DNA from: Pseudomonadota bacterium
GTDB lineage: Bacteria; Chloroflexota; Ktedonobacteria; Ktedonobacterales; JACDGC01
DNA length: 33,289 bases
Assembly: GCA_021323815.1 (NCBI GenBank)
Contig: JAJPKG010000422.1
Location: forward strand, 1 to 33,289
Reading direction: 5' to 3'
The notes beneath the pieces were generated by a model that worked only from the letters and a program-made list of their open reading frames with translations, had not been told where the DNA came from and did no database searches. The position numbers were made by a program, and so were the translations under genes. Shown here piece by piece: positions 24,060-31,694 of this stretch; within the stretch, counting starts at the first letter, position 1; each line of letters opens with the position of its first letter.

Positions 24060-26033
24060 ATGGGGTGGAGTGAACTCATCGGCTCAACCTTCGGTGACGA
24101 CGAGCATCGCTATGTCATCGAGGAAGAGATCGCACGCGGGGGCATGTCGCGCGTCTATCGCGCCCGCGAAGAAGGAGCCGACCGCGTGGTGGCACTGAAG
24201 GTGATGGCGCTGGGCAGCGAGGGCGGCGGCGACACGCGCAACTTCACGCGCCGCTTCGAGCATGAGGCCCGCGCCGTGGAACGGCTGGACCACCCCAACA
24301 TCGTCAAGGTCTTCGCCACCGGCCAAACGGATGATTTCGTCTTCATCGCCATGCAGTTAGTGTTGGGCGGCACCTTTCGCCAGCGGCTGGGCAAACCCAT
24401 GCCCGTCGCCGACGCCTGCTATGCCATGATTCAGATGGCAAAGGCGCTGCACCATGCCCACTTGCATCACGTCATCCACCGCGACGTGAAGCCGGCGTAT
24501 ATGCTCATCGACGACCGCGATCCCTCGCACCTGCTGCTGGCAGATTTCGGCATTGCCAAGATCATCGGGCAAGAGGGCGTGACCAAAACCGGCACCGCCG
24601 TCGGCACACCGGAATATATGGCACCTGAGCAGGCGAAAGGCGAAAAGATCGATCCCCGCGCCGACATCTATGGTCTGGCGTGCGTGCTGTATGAGGCGTT
24701 GGCGGGGCGACCGCCCTTCGTTGGCCCCACCGCGCTATCGATCTGCTATCAGCACGTTCACACGCGCCCGGCGTATATTCGCGGCTTTAATCCAGAGGTG
24801 CCGCGCGCTCTGGCGCTGGTAATCGAGCAGGCGCTGGCGAAGAATCCCCGCGATCGGTTCCCGACGGCGGAAGATTTTGCCAACGCGCTGTACCCCTTCA
24901 CTGAAGGAACGGGACGCGGCATTCGCCCGACGACGCCGGCACTGAGCCTGAACACCAGCGAAGATGAAGACGCTGCACTCGTATCCCCCAGCGATGGTGG
25001 GACGAATCCGGCGGAAGCGCTGATGCTGCCCACCACCCCCCCGCCGCTGGAAAGTTCTGCCGCCGGCAGTGCCGCCCCCACCGGGGATGCTTCGGCCATG
25101 CTGGATCTTTCCTCGCTGTCAACGCGCTCGGCCCCAGCGGTGAACGCGCCGGAAGACGCGACGACGGTGCAGACGCAGGAAATGACGCCCATCAGCCAGC
25201 CCGCGCGCCCGCGCCACACGCGCCCGGTGGGACCGAACGTGCGTCTGAAGAGCCGGCCCATCACGCATCCTCGTGAGGGTGGGTCATATCCGCCGCCGGG
25301 GTCATATCCCCCACCCTCGCAGCAAGGCGCATCTGCGCCAAAGTTCGATCCGGATGATGCGTCACTCTTCCCAACGGTACAGACGCCGGTCACACCGCTG
25401 GGAACCATCAAACCGCCGTCGAAGAAGCTGCCGGACTATAGCGGCACGTCTAGCCAGCCGTCAAGCCAGCGGATCTTCATCCTGGTCGCCGCCGCGCTGG
25501 TGGTGGCACTGATCGCGCTGTTGCTGTTGAGCCGCGTCCATACCGGCCCCGGCACGTCGTCCACTCTCGGTAATGGCACCACGCCCGCTGCGACCACCAC
25601 GCCCGCAACGCAGCCCACCACTGCGCCAACCGTCGCTCCGACACCACAACCAGGCACCACGCCGACGCAGCCGGTGATCGGGCAGCCCACACAGCCACCG
25701 CCAGTTAATCCATCTAAAATCGTAATGGCGACTGCAACTGGCAATACCCCCGATCTGTCGTGTAATCCTTCGTTGAGTCGCCAAACCTTTCCTACAGGTA
25801 CGACCCTATATATCAACGCCTGTGTTGTTGCAGGATATGGCATAGCTACGATTCAGGCGCGACTCTATCAACAAAATGGGCAGCCGACTAATATTCAAGC
25901 CTTTCGCGTCACTCAAGGCAACAAGGCTGAGGCGTTCTCACTGGATTTACAGACTCCACCAAGCGGTGTCTATGTTGCGGTTGTGACATGGAATGGGTAT
26001 GTAGCGAAAAGGTTGCCTATAACCATTCAGTAG
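24060..26033 (+). CDS. Hanks-type Ser/Thr protein kinase with one TM helix, a Pro/Thr-rich linker and a small extracellular C-terminal domain
   Basis: IARGGMSRVY (Gly loop), VALKVM, HRDVKPAYM (catalytic loop, with Tyr where Asn is expected), LADFGIAK, GTPEYMAPEQ, TM helix IFILVAAALVVALIALLLL, and a PTxP-rich linker. ATG 24060 is preferred over 23919. Confidence 0.9.
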   Translation: MGWSELIGSTFGDDEHRYVIEEEIARGGMSRVYRAREEGADRVVALKVMALGSEGGGDTRNFTRRFEHEARAVERLDHPNIVKVFATGQTDDFVFIAMQLVLGGTFRQRLGKPMPVADACYAMIQMAKALHHAHLHHVIHRDVKPAYMLIDDRDPSHLLLADFGIAKIIGQEGVTKTGTAVGTPEYMAPEQAKGEKIDPRADIYGLACVLYEALAGRPPFVGPTALSICYQHVHTRPAYIRGFNPEVPRALALVIEQALAKNPRDRFPTAEDFANALYPFTEGTGRGIRPTTPALSLNTSEDEDAALVSPSDGGTNPAEALMLPTTPPPLESSAAGSAAPTGDASAMLDLSSLSTRSAPAVNAPEDATTVQTQEMTPISQPARPRHTRPVGPNVRLKSRPITHPREGGSYPPPGSYPPPSQQGASAPKFDPDDASLFPTVQTPVTPLGTIKPPSKKLPDYSGTSSQPSSQRIFILVAAALVVALIALLLLSRVHTGPGTSSTLGNGTTPAATTTPATQPTTAPTVAPTPQPGTTPTQPVIGQPTQPPPVNPSKIVMATATGNTPDLSCNPSLSRQTFPTGTTLYINACVVAGYGIATIQARLYQQNGQPTNIQAFRVTQGNKAEAFSLDLQTPPSGVYVAVVTWNGYVAKRLPITIQ

Positions 26034-26049
26034 AATCAGACAAGCGTTT

Positions 26050-26101
26050 CCGCGCTGGGAGGTTTAGCTCCCGGCGCGGAAACGCGAACCCCTCTGGGCT
26101 G
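26050..26101 (-). repeat. REP-A double-hairpin element, copy 6
   Basis: CCGCGCTGGGAGGTTTAGCTCCCGGCGCGGAAACGCGAACCCCTCTGGGCTG, starting 17 nt after the kinase stop. Confidence 0.75.
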
Positions 26102-26156
26102 TGATGGACGGTGATCGCGTTGAATGAGCGTGATTGCCGGGCACGAGGTTGGGCGC

Positions 26157-26266
26157 GATTCATCACGCCCCTACACAGATCGGCGCAATATCGTGGATGG
26201 CAAGCGAGCAATAGCATATCCATCGGTTGATACGCTGGGCCATCTTCGTAGGGGCGTGATTTATCG
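26157..26266. repeat. REP-B palindromic element (inverted GTAGGGGCGTGAT units)
   Basis: GATTCATCACGCCCCTAC (26157-26174) and GTAGGGGCGTGATTTATC (26249-26266) are inverted copies with 16/18 complementary positions. Confidence 0.7.
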
Positions 26267-26320
26267 TGTCCAATCCCACGCCACACCACCAACCTTGCCA
26301 CGCGCGATTATCTTCTACTT

Positions 26321-26370
26321 CAGCCCAGGCGGGCTTTCTTTTTCGAGCCGGGCGGCTTTAGCCCCCGGCG
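26321..26370 (+). repeat. REP-A double-hairpin element, copy 7
   Basis: CAGCCCAGGCGGGCTTTCTTTTTCGAGCCGGGCGGCTTTAGCCCCCGGCG. Confidence 0.8.
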
Positions 26371-26427
26371 ACCTCGCCATTCATGAACCTTCTTTCGCCC
26401 GATTTTCTTCTCTTTCTCATCTTCCCC

Positions 26428-26458
26428 TTGACTTTACCCCCCCGCGTGTGACTATACT
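26428..26458 (+). promoter_or_regulatory. Candidate promoter of the rtcB leader unit
   Basis: TTGACT (26428-26433), a 19-nt spacer (longer than optimal), then TATACT (26453-26458). The -10 hexamer is the same as at the thrS leader promoter. Confidence 0.4.
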
Positions 26459-26464
26459 CTGAGC

Positions 26465-26712
26465 AGAATTCTGCAAGAAAGGGGTACCTCGGCCATGACG
26501 CAGTGGAATCATGACTATTCCATGCTCACCCAAAAGAGCAGCGACGTGTGCGCAGGAATGCTGCGTGGTTTTGTCCGCCCGCTCGCTATTAACCGTGCCT
26601 GGCCTGGGTACCTAAGACCCATAGACCGATGTTGAACCGGCTGCGTGCAAAGAACGGTCGCCCAGGTCAGGCGCGGAGAGCGAAATAAAAATGCTCTCCG
26701 CGCTTTCGTTTT
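26465..26712 (+). ncRNA. Candidate structured leader/sRNA (or 46-codon leader ORF) immediately upstream of rtcB
   Basis: Bounded by the candidate promoter and a perfect intrinsic terminator. Has a 12-bp long-range helix (26483-26494 with 26601-26612) and internal hairpins. No ORF of 60 aa or more. Contains an SD-preceded 46-codon ORF at 26495-26635. Confidence 0.45.
26671..26712 (+). terminator. Intrinsic terminator abutting the rtcB ribosome-binding site
   Basis: GCGCGGAGAGC (26671-26681) pairs perfectly with GCTCTCCGCGC (26693-26703). 11-nt loop, followed by TTTCGTTTT. Confidence 0.8.
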
Positions 26713-26730
26713 GTAAAGAGGGTATTGCAG

Positions 26731-28152
26731 GTGATTACTGGCAAGATCTTACGCGCGCATGGCTGGCCTGAGGGGAAAATGACCGGGCTGGCCAAGCGCA
26801 TCGCACAATCGCTGGAAGCCACAGGCGCGAGCGATGACGCGGTGCTGGCGGAATTGGACCGCGTACGCCAAACACCGGGCGACTTTGTGGATGACGCGCG
26901 CTTTGGCATGCTGGCGCGGGAGATCGTCAAGCGCGAGGCGAGCAAGCCGGAAGCTGAGGTGGGTTTGCGCGACGAGCCGCTGGATTACGCCGTGTGGGGT
27001 GCAGAGCAGATCGAAGCCGAGGCGCTGAACCAGATGCGCCGCGCGCTGCGCCTGCCGGTGGCGGTGGCGGGCGCGCTGATGCCGGATGCGCATGTGGGCT
27101 ATGGCCTGCCTATTGGCGGCGTGCTGGCGACGAGCGACGCGGTCATCCCCTATGCCGTCGGGGTAGACATCGCGTGTCGCATGCGCCTCTCGCTCTATGA
27201 CGAGCCACCGTCGATCTTGCACGAGCAGGGCGAGCGGTTGCAGAAAGCGCTGCTGAACTGGACGCGGTTCGGCCTTGACGGCAAGTGGGATGAACATGAC
27301 CTTCCCAAGCATGATGTGTTGGACGATCCAGCGTGGGAGTCCACGCGGCTGTTGAAGTCGCTGAAGGCGAAGGCACAGCGACAATTGGGCACTTCGGGGT
27401 CGGGGAATCACTTCGTCGAATGGGGCGTCTTCCAGCTCTACGACGATGATGCCCAACTGGGCCTCAAGGCCGGGCGCTATCTGGCGCTGCTTTCGCACAG
27501 CGGTTCGCGCGGTGTCGGCTTCAAGATCGCGAATACGTACACCGAGATTGCGAAGCGCATGCATCCGTCACTGGATAAGACCGTGCAACATCTCGCCTGG
27601 TTGCCGCTGGCATCTGAGGCGGGGCAGGAATATTGGATCTCGATGGAGATGGCGGGCAAGTTCGCTTCCGCCAACCACGAAGTCATTCATCGCCGCGTCG
27701 CCAAAGCGGCGGGGTTGGTGGAGATGGTGAAGGTCGAAAACCATCACAATTACGCTTGGTTGGAAACACTGGCGGACGGCACCCAGGCGATTGTGCATCG
27801 CAAGGGCGCGACGCCGGCAGGCGCGGGCATGTTAGGAATCATCCCTGGCTCGATGGGCGACGCGGGCTATGTGGTGCGCGGCAAGGGATCGGGCCGGGCA
27901 CTCAATTCGGCTTCGCACGGCGCGGGGCGCAAGATGAGCCGCAAGCAGGCGCTCGGCAGCATCACCAAGACCGCCCGCGATGCCTATCTGCGCGAACGCG
28001 GCGTGTCGCTGCTGGGCGGCACGCTGGATGAATCACCGCAAGCCTATAAAGATATCGAAGCGGTCATCGCTGCCCAGGAGGATCTGGTCGAGATCATCGG
28101 CAAGTTCACGCCGCGCATTGTGCGCATGGCGGATGAGGCCGGCGAGTTCTAG
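26731..28152 (+). CDS. rtcB: RNA 3'-phosphate/5'-OH ligase RtcB
   Basis: Conserved RtcB blocks PDAHVGYGLPIGGV, GSGNHFVEWG, LSHSGSRGVG, HHNYAW, IPGSMGD and SASHGAGR. GTG 26731 lies 8 nt after AAGAGGG; the in-frame TTG 26725 is the alternative. Confidence 0.92.
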   Translation: MITGKILRAHGWPEGKMTGLAKRIAQSLEATGASDDAVLAELDRVRQTPGDFVDDARFGMLAREIVKREASKPEAEVGLRDEPLDYAVWGAEQIEAEALNQMRRALRLPVAVAGALMPDAHVGYGLPIGGVLATSDAVIPYAVGVDIACRMRLSLYDEPPSILHEQGERLQKALLNWTRFGLDGKWDEHDLPKHDVLDDPAWESTRLLKSLKAKAQRQLGTSGSGNHFVEWGVFQLYDDDAQLGLKAGRYLALLSHSGSRGVGFKIANTYTEIAKRMHPSLDKTVQHLAWLPLASEAGQEYWISMEMAGKFASANHEVIHRRVAKAAGLVEMVKVENHHNYAWLETLADGTQAIVHRKGATPAGAGMLGIIPGSMGDAGYVVRGKGSGRALNSASHGAGRKMSRKQALGSITKTARDAYLRERGVSLLGGTLDESPQAYKDIEAVIAAQEDLVEIIGKFTPRIVRMADEAGEF

Positions 28153-28494
28153 AAATTGCGTTCTCTGGAAGAATAGGAGTGAGGAGTGTGATCATGCCGA
28201 ACACGCACAGGGCAGCCTGAGCGGATGCTCACCCAGCCCTGTGAAACTTCGGCCTTGTCACGCTCCGCCAGCGGTTGTTCGTTGTTCAAGATTCCTTGTG
28301 TGAAGAGGTGTCGCCCCATGAAGTATCAGATGATTCATCGCGGAAGTTGCGTGCGCCAGCGGTTGCAGCGGGTTCGCCCGCTGGCGGGAACCTGCCCCTT
28401 AGTGCAGGGCAAGCATCGATCCATCGTCCGGCGGCACCGCGTGCAAAGCAAAGTAGGATCACATCACCAACCCACGTGTGAGCGTGCCTGACCA

Positions 28495-28544
28495 CAGCCC
28501 GAATGGGCTTTGTCTTTCGAGCCGGGGAATAGAATTCCCCGGCG
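28495..28544 (+). repeat. REP-A double-hairpin element, copy 8
   Basis: CAGCCCGAATGGGCTTTGTCTTTCGAGCCGGGGAATAGAATTCCCCGGCG. Confidence 0.8.
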
Positions 28545-28616
28545 AGCTTCGCTGGCAACGGCCCTGCTCTGCGGAACCAGCAGTAACGATTCTCCCCGAT
28601 GAGAGGAGGTGGCTGA

Positions 28617-28727
28617 ATGAAACCGATGTTCGTCTTCACTTCCAGACGAGGTAAGATCGCTATCACTCATGTGTATGAGAATCGTGATGTTGTTCGTCGT
28701 CATTCAGAGAGGTGGTTGCACCGATGA
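28617..28727 (+). CDS. Candidate 36-aa mini-ORF translationally coupled to the ABC ATPase gene
   Basis: GAGGAGG lies 7 nt upstream of ATG 28617. The product is MKPMFVFTSRRGKIAITHVYENRDVVRRHSERWLHR. Its TGA (28725-28727) overlaps the ATPase ATG 28724 (ATGA). Below the ORF-track length cutoff. Confidence 0.3.
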   Translation: MKPMFVFTSRRGKIAITHVYENRDVVRRHSERWLHR

Positions 28728-29776
28728 GTCATCCAGCAGAGCGTGATGTTCCCGCCATCCAGACCGTGAACGTGCGGCGCGTCTATCACGCACGCGGCGG
28801 GCGGTCGATCGGCGGCGCGAAGGCAGGCAAGACCGTTGTCGCGCTCGACGGCGTGAGCCTGAACATTGCGCGCGGCGAGATTTTTGGCTTGCTGGGGCGC
28901 AACGGCGCAGGCAAGACAACCCTGATCAAGATCCTCACCACGTTGCTCGCGCCCACCAGCGGCCAGGCATACATCGACGGGATGGACGTGACGCGCGAGG
29001 TCACGAAAGTGCGCCAGCGCATCGCCATGGTCAGCGGTGGCGAGCAATCGGGCTACGGCATTCTCACCGTGCGCGAGCAATTGTGGATGTTCGCGCAGTT
29101 CTATGGCGTGCCGTCGAAGATCGCGCACCAGCGCATCGACGAGTTGTTGAGCGCGGTGGGCCTGGGCGACCAAGCCAATCAGAAGGTCTATGCCCTTTCC
29201 ACCGGCATGCGCCAGCGCATGAACCTGTGCCGCGCCCTCGTCTCGGACCCGGAGATCCTCTTCCTGGACGAGCCGACGGTTGGTCTGGACGTGGAAGCGT
29301 CGCGTTCGGTGCGCGACTATGTGCGCCAGTGGATGCGCCAAGATCCGCGTCGCACGGTGCTGTTGACCACGCACTATATGTTCGAGGCCGACGAACTGTG
29401 CGATCATGTGGCCGTCATCAATCACGGCCACATCGTCGCCGAGGGCACGACTGACGACCTGAAACGCGGCTTGCAAGAGCACGCGCGCTTTCAGCTTGAG
29501 ATGGCCGAGTGGCTGCCAGCTTTCACCGAGATGCTGCGCAACCGCGATGGCGTGGTGGAAGCACAAGCCGAGCAGCGCAACGACCGCACGCAACTGCGCC
29601 TGGCGCTGCTGCGCGAGGAGTTCATCGTCCCGACCATCGCATCGATCAACGAGGCGGGCGGGCGCGTGCTGGCGCTGCGGCGCATCGAGCCGACGCTGGA
29701 AGAAGCCTTCGTGCGCCTGGTGGGCGACGAGGCCGAGAGCCAGCGCGAGGCGGAAGGGGCGGAGGTCAACGGATGA
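28724..29776 (+). CDS. ABC transporter ATP-binding protein (ABC-2/DrrA-like subfamily with a C-terminal regulatory-type domain)
   Basis: Walker A GRNGAGKTT, signature LSTGMRQR, Walker B ILFLDEPTVGLD, H-loop TTHYM. ATG 28724 is preceded by AGAGAGGTGG; GTG 28712 is the alternative. Confidence 0.9.
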   Translation: MSHPAERDVPAIQTVNVRRVYHARGGRSIGGAKAGKTVVALDGVSLNIARGEIFGLLGRNGAGKTTLIKILTTLLAPTSGQAYIDGMDVTREVTKVRQRIAMVSGGEQSGYGILTVREQLWMFAQFYGVPSKIAHQRIDELLSAVGLGDQANQKVYALSTGMRQRMNLCRALVSDPEILFLDEPTVGLDVEASRSVRDYVRQWMRQDPRRTVLLTTHYMFEADELCDHVAVINHGHIVAEGTTDDLKRGLQEHARFQLEMAEWLPAFTEMLRNRDGVVEAQAEQRNDRTQLRLALLREEFIVPTIASINEAGGRVLALRRIEPTLEEAFVRLVGDEAESQREAEGAEVNG

Positions 29777-30642
29777 GCACGCTGACACCTTCCGCTGAAG
29801 CTTCTGCCGCCCCGGCGGAACGATCTTTTGCGCGGCAAGGGCTGCGCCTGGGCATCATGACGATGATCGGGCGCGCCTATCCGCGTCTGGTCGCCGCCAA
29901 CCGCGAGCCGGACTGGATCTTTTACGAGGTCGCGCTCCCGCTCTTGCAGATCTGCGCCTTCGCGCTGGTCTATAAGGCACTGGGCGCGCCCAAGTATATC
30001 GGCATCGTCATCCTCGGCGGCGGCATGATGGCCTTCTGGATCAATGTGCTGTGGTCGATGGCGGCGCAACTGCATTGGGAGCGCCAGTCTGGCAACCTGG
30101 AACTCTATCTGATGGCCCCCGCGTCGATGCTGTGGATCCTCGCGGGGATGGCCATCGGCGGCATGCTGGCGACAGCGGTGCGCGCGGCGGCGGTGCTGAT
30201 CCTCGGCTCGCTGATTTTCGGCGTCACCTATCACGTCGTTTCGTATCCGCTGGTCATCCTCGCGTTTCTCTTCTCACTGGTCGCCCTCTATGGCCTGGGA
30301 TCGATGCTCGCCAGCCTCTACCTGCTCTATAATCGCGAGGTGTGGGCGATCCAGGAAGTCATTCAAGAGCCGGTGGCGCTGCTGACGGGATCCTACGTGC
30401 CGGTGCGGGCGCTCGGCCCCATCGTCGCCGGTTTCGCCGCGCTCATTCCCCTCACGCTGGGGCTGGATGCCGTGCGCCAGCTCGTCTTCCCGCACCTGTT
30501 CGCCACCTTGCTTTCGCCCGGCTGGGAAGTCGCCATCCTGGGCGTGCTGGTGATCGTCTTTTGCGGCGGCGCGGCATGGTCGCTGCGCTACATCGAATAT
30601 CGCGCCAAAGTGCTTGGCCGCCTGTCGCTGAAGTGGCAGTAA
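29773..30642 (+). CDS. ABC-2 type transporter permease (subunit 1)
   Basis: ATG 29773 overlaps the ATPase stop (ATGA). Six predicted TM helices. The N-terminal part of the 377-aa ORF in the track is a shadow of the ATPase gene. Confidence 0.85.
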   Translation: MSTLTPSAEASAAPAERSFARQGLRLGIMTMIGRAYPRLVAANREPDWIFYEVALPLLQICAFALVYKALGAPKYIGIVILGGGMMAFWINVLWSMAAQLHWERQSGNLELYLMAPASMLWILAGMAIGGMLATAVRAAAVLILGSLIFGVTYHVVSYPLVILAFLFSLVALYGLGSMLASLYLLYNREVWAIQEVIQEPVALLTGSYVPVRALGPIVAGFAALIPLTLGLDAVRQLVFPHLFATLLSPGWEVAILGVLVIVFCGGAAWSLRYIEYRAKVLGRLSLKWQ

Positions 30643-30649
30643 CAGAAAG

Positions 30650-30712
30650 AGATAAGGACGAGACGCGAAGGACATGAAGGAAGCGAAGCAACGCGAAGAG
30701 AAAGAGAGGAAT
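30650..30712 (+). repeat. E-family element, left-arm-only copy (E4)
   Basis: AAGGACGAGACGCGAAGGACATGAAGGAAGCGAAGCAACGCGAAGAG, with [C/T]GAAG ending at 30670, 30679, 30688 and 30698. No right arm before the next start codon. Confidence 0.7.
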
Positions 30713-30723
30713 ACTAATGAGCG

Positions 30724-31611
30724 ATGATTGAAACGACATCAGCGGGCGGGCTACGCGAGCGCATCGCGGCGTCGCGCACGTGGCAGACCTTGCGCGCGGC
30801 GACATGGCTGGAATGGCAGGCGCGCGGCAACTGGACCAATCCCATTCTGTATGGCATCTATCTGATCGTCCGGCCCATGACCACGTCGCTGGTGCTGGTG
30901 CTGATGTATTGGCTGGTGAGCGGCGCGCACGCGCATGGCGGATTGTTTGGCTTCCTCATCGCGGGCGCGGCGGCCTGGACGTTTGTGGATCAGATTGTCG
31001 CGGGCGTTCCCCAGGCGGTGCTGGCCGACCGCGAAGAATATGCCATGCTGAAATACGTCTATATCACGCCGGCGCGCTTTCTGGTGGTGCTGATCGGGCG
31101 GGCGCTGCCGCGCATGCTGGTCGCGTTCATCTCGTTCACCGTCACGCTGGCGTTCGGCGTTGCCATCCTCGGTGTGCCGGTGGATGTGCGCATGATCAAT
31201 TACCCCTTGCTGCTGCTGGCGCTGGTGCTGGGATTTGTGGGCATCACCGCACTGGGAATCATGCTCGCAGGTTTGGCGCTGGTGCTGAAACGCGGCGCGT
31301 GGCAGATGCCCCAGGCCGTCACCGGCGCGCTCTATCTGGTGTCGGGCGCGATCTTCCCGGTGGCCGTGCTGCCCGTGTGGCTGCGCGATATCTCGCTGGG
31401 CGTGCCGCTGACATATTGGCTGGAACTGACGCGCCGCGCTCTGCTGGGCAGCCGCATCGGCGAGACATTCCCCATCGCCTCCACTGGCGCGATCCTCGGC
31501 TGGCTGGCGCTGACGACGGTCATCCTCTCCGCTGTATCCGTGATCGTCTTCCGGATCTGCGACTACTTCGCCCGCGAGCGCGGCCAGATCGACCGCACGA
31601 CAGGGTATTGA
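30724..31611 (+). CDS. ABC-2 type transporter permease (subunit 2)
   Basis: 295-aa polytopic membrane protein with ABC-2 topology, co-oriented with and directly downstream of the ATPase and first permease. Confidence 0.85.
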   Translation: MIETTSAGGLRERIAASRTWQTLRAATWLEWQARGNWTNPILYGIYLIVRPMTTSLVLVLMYWLVSGAHAHGGLFGFLIAGAAAWTFVDQIVAGVPQAVLADREEYAMLKYVYITPARFLVVLIGRALPRMLVAFISFTVTLAFGVAILGVPVDVRMINYPLLLLALVLGFVGITALGIMLAGLALVLKRGAWQMPQAVTGALYLVSGAIFPVAVLPVWLRDISLGVPLTYWLELTRRALLGSRIGETFPIASTGAILGWLALTTVILSAVSVIVFRICDYFARERGQIDRTTGY

Positions 31612-31647
31612 TGAGCAATCAATAGCGAGGTGATCGCCAGGTGAGAT

Positions 31648-31694
31648 CGCCGGGGGTTAAATCCCCCGGCTCGTAAAAAAAGCCCCGATGGGCT
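31648..31694 (-). repeat. REP-A double-hairpin element, copy 9 (likely bidirectional terminator)
   Basis: CGCCGGGGGTTAAATCCCCCGGCTCGTAAAAAAAGCCCCGATGGGCT. Two hairpins flank an A7 tract (T7 on the other strand). Confidence 0.8.

Noticed and set aside
26124-26462. 112-aa ORF in the kinase-rtcB spacer (also 26017-26301 minus, 23527-23901 minus, 1594-1839 plus).
   Set aside because: These are composed almost entirely of REP-A and REP-B repeat sequence. The peptide similarities between them come from repeat translation, not from protein homology.
26662-26670. CCAGGTCAGG, reminiscent of the SRP (4.5S) RNA domain IV.
   Set aside because: The following helix lacks the GGAA tetraloop and the AGCA symmetric-loop residues. 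It is a perfect terminator hairpin with a U-tract instead.
28202-28214. CACGCACAGGGCA, identical to 13 nt of the V. cholerae Vc2 c-di-GMP-I (GEMM-I) riboswitch as I remember it, in a window that also encodes an HD-GYP protein.
   Set aside because: CACAGGGC simply pairs with GCCCTGTG (28236-28243) in a plain hairpin. The second GEMM half (GGGACGCAAAGCC with tetraloop-receptor architecture) is not present at the right distance.
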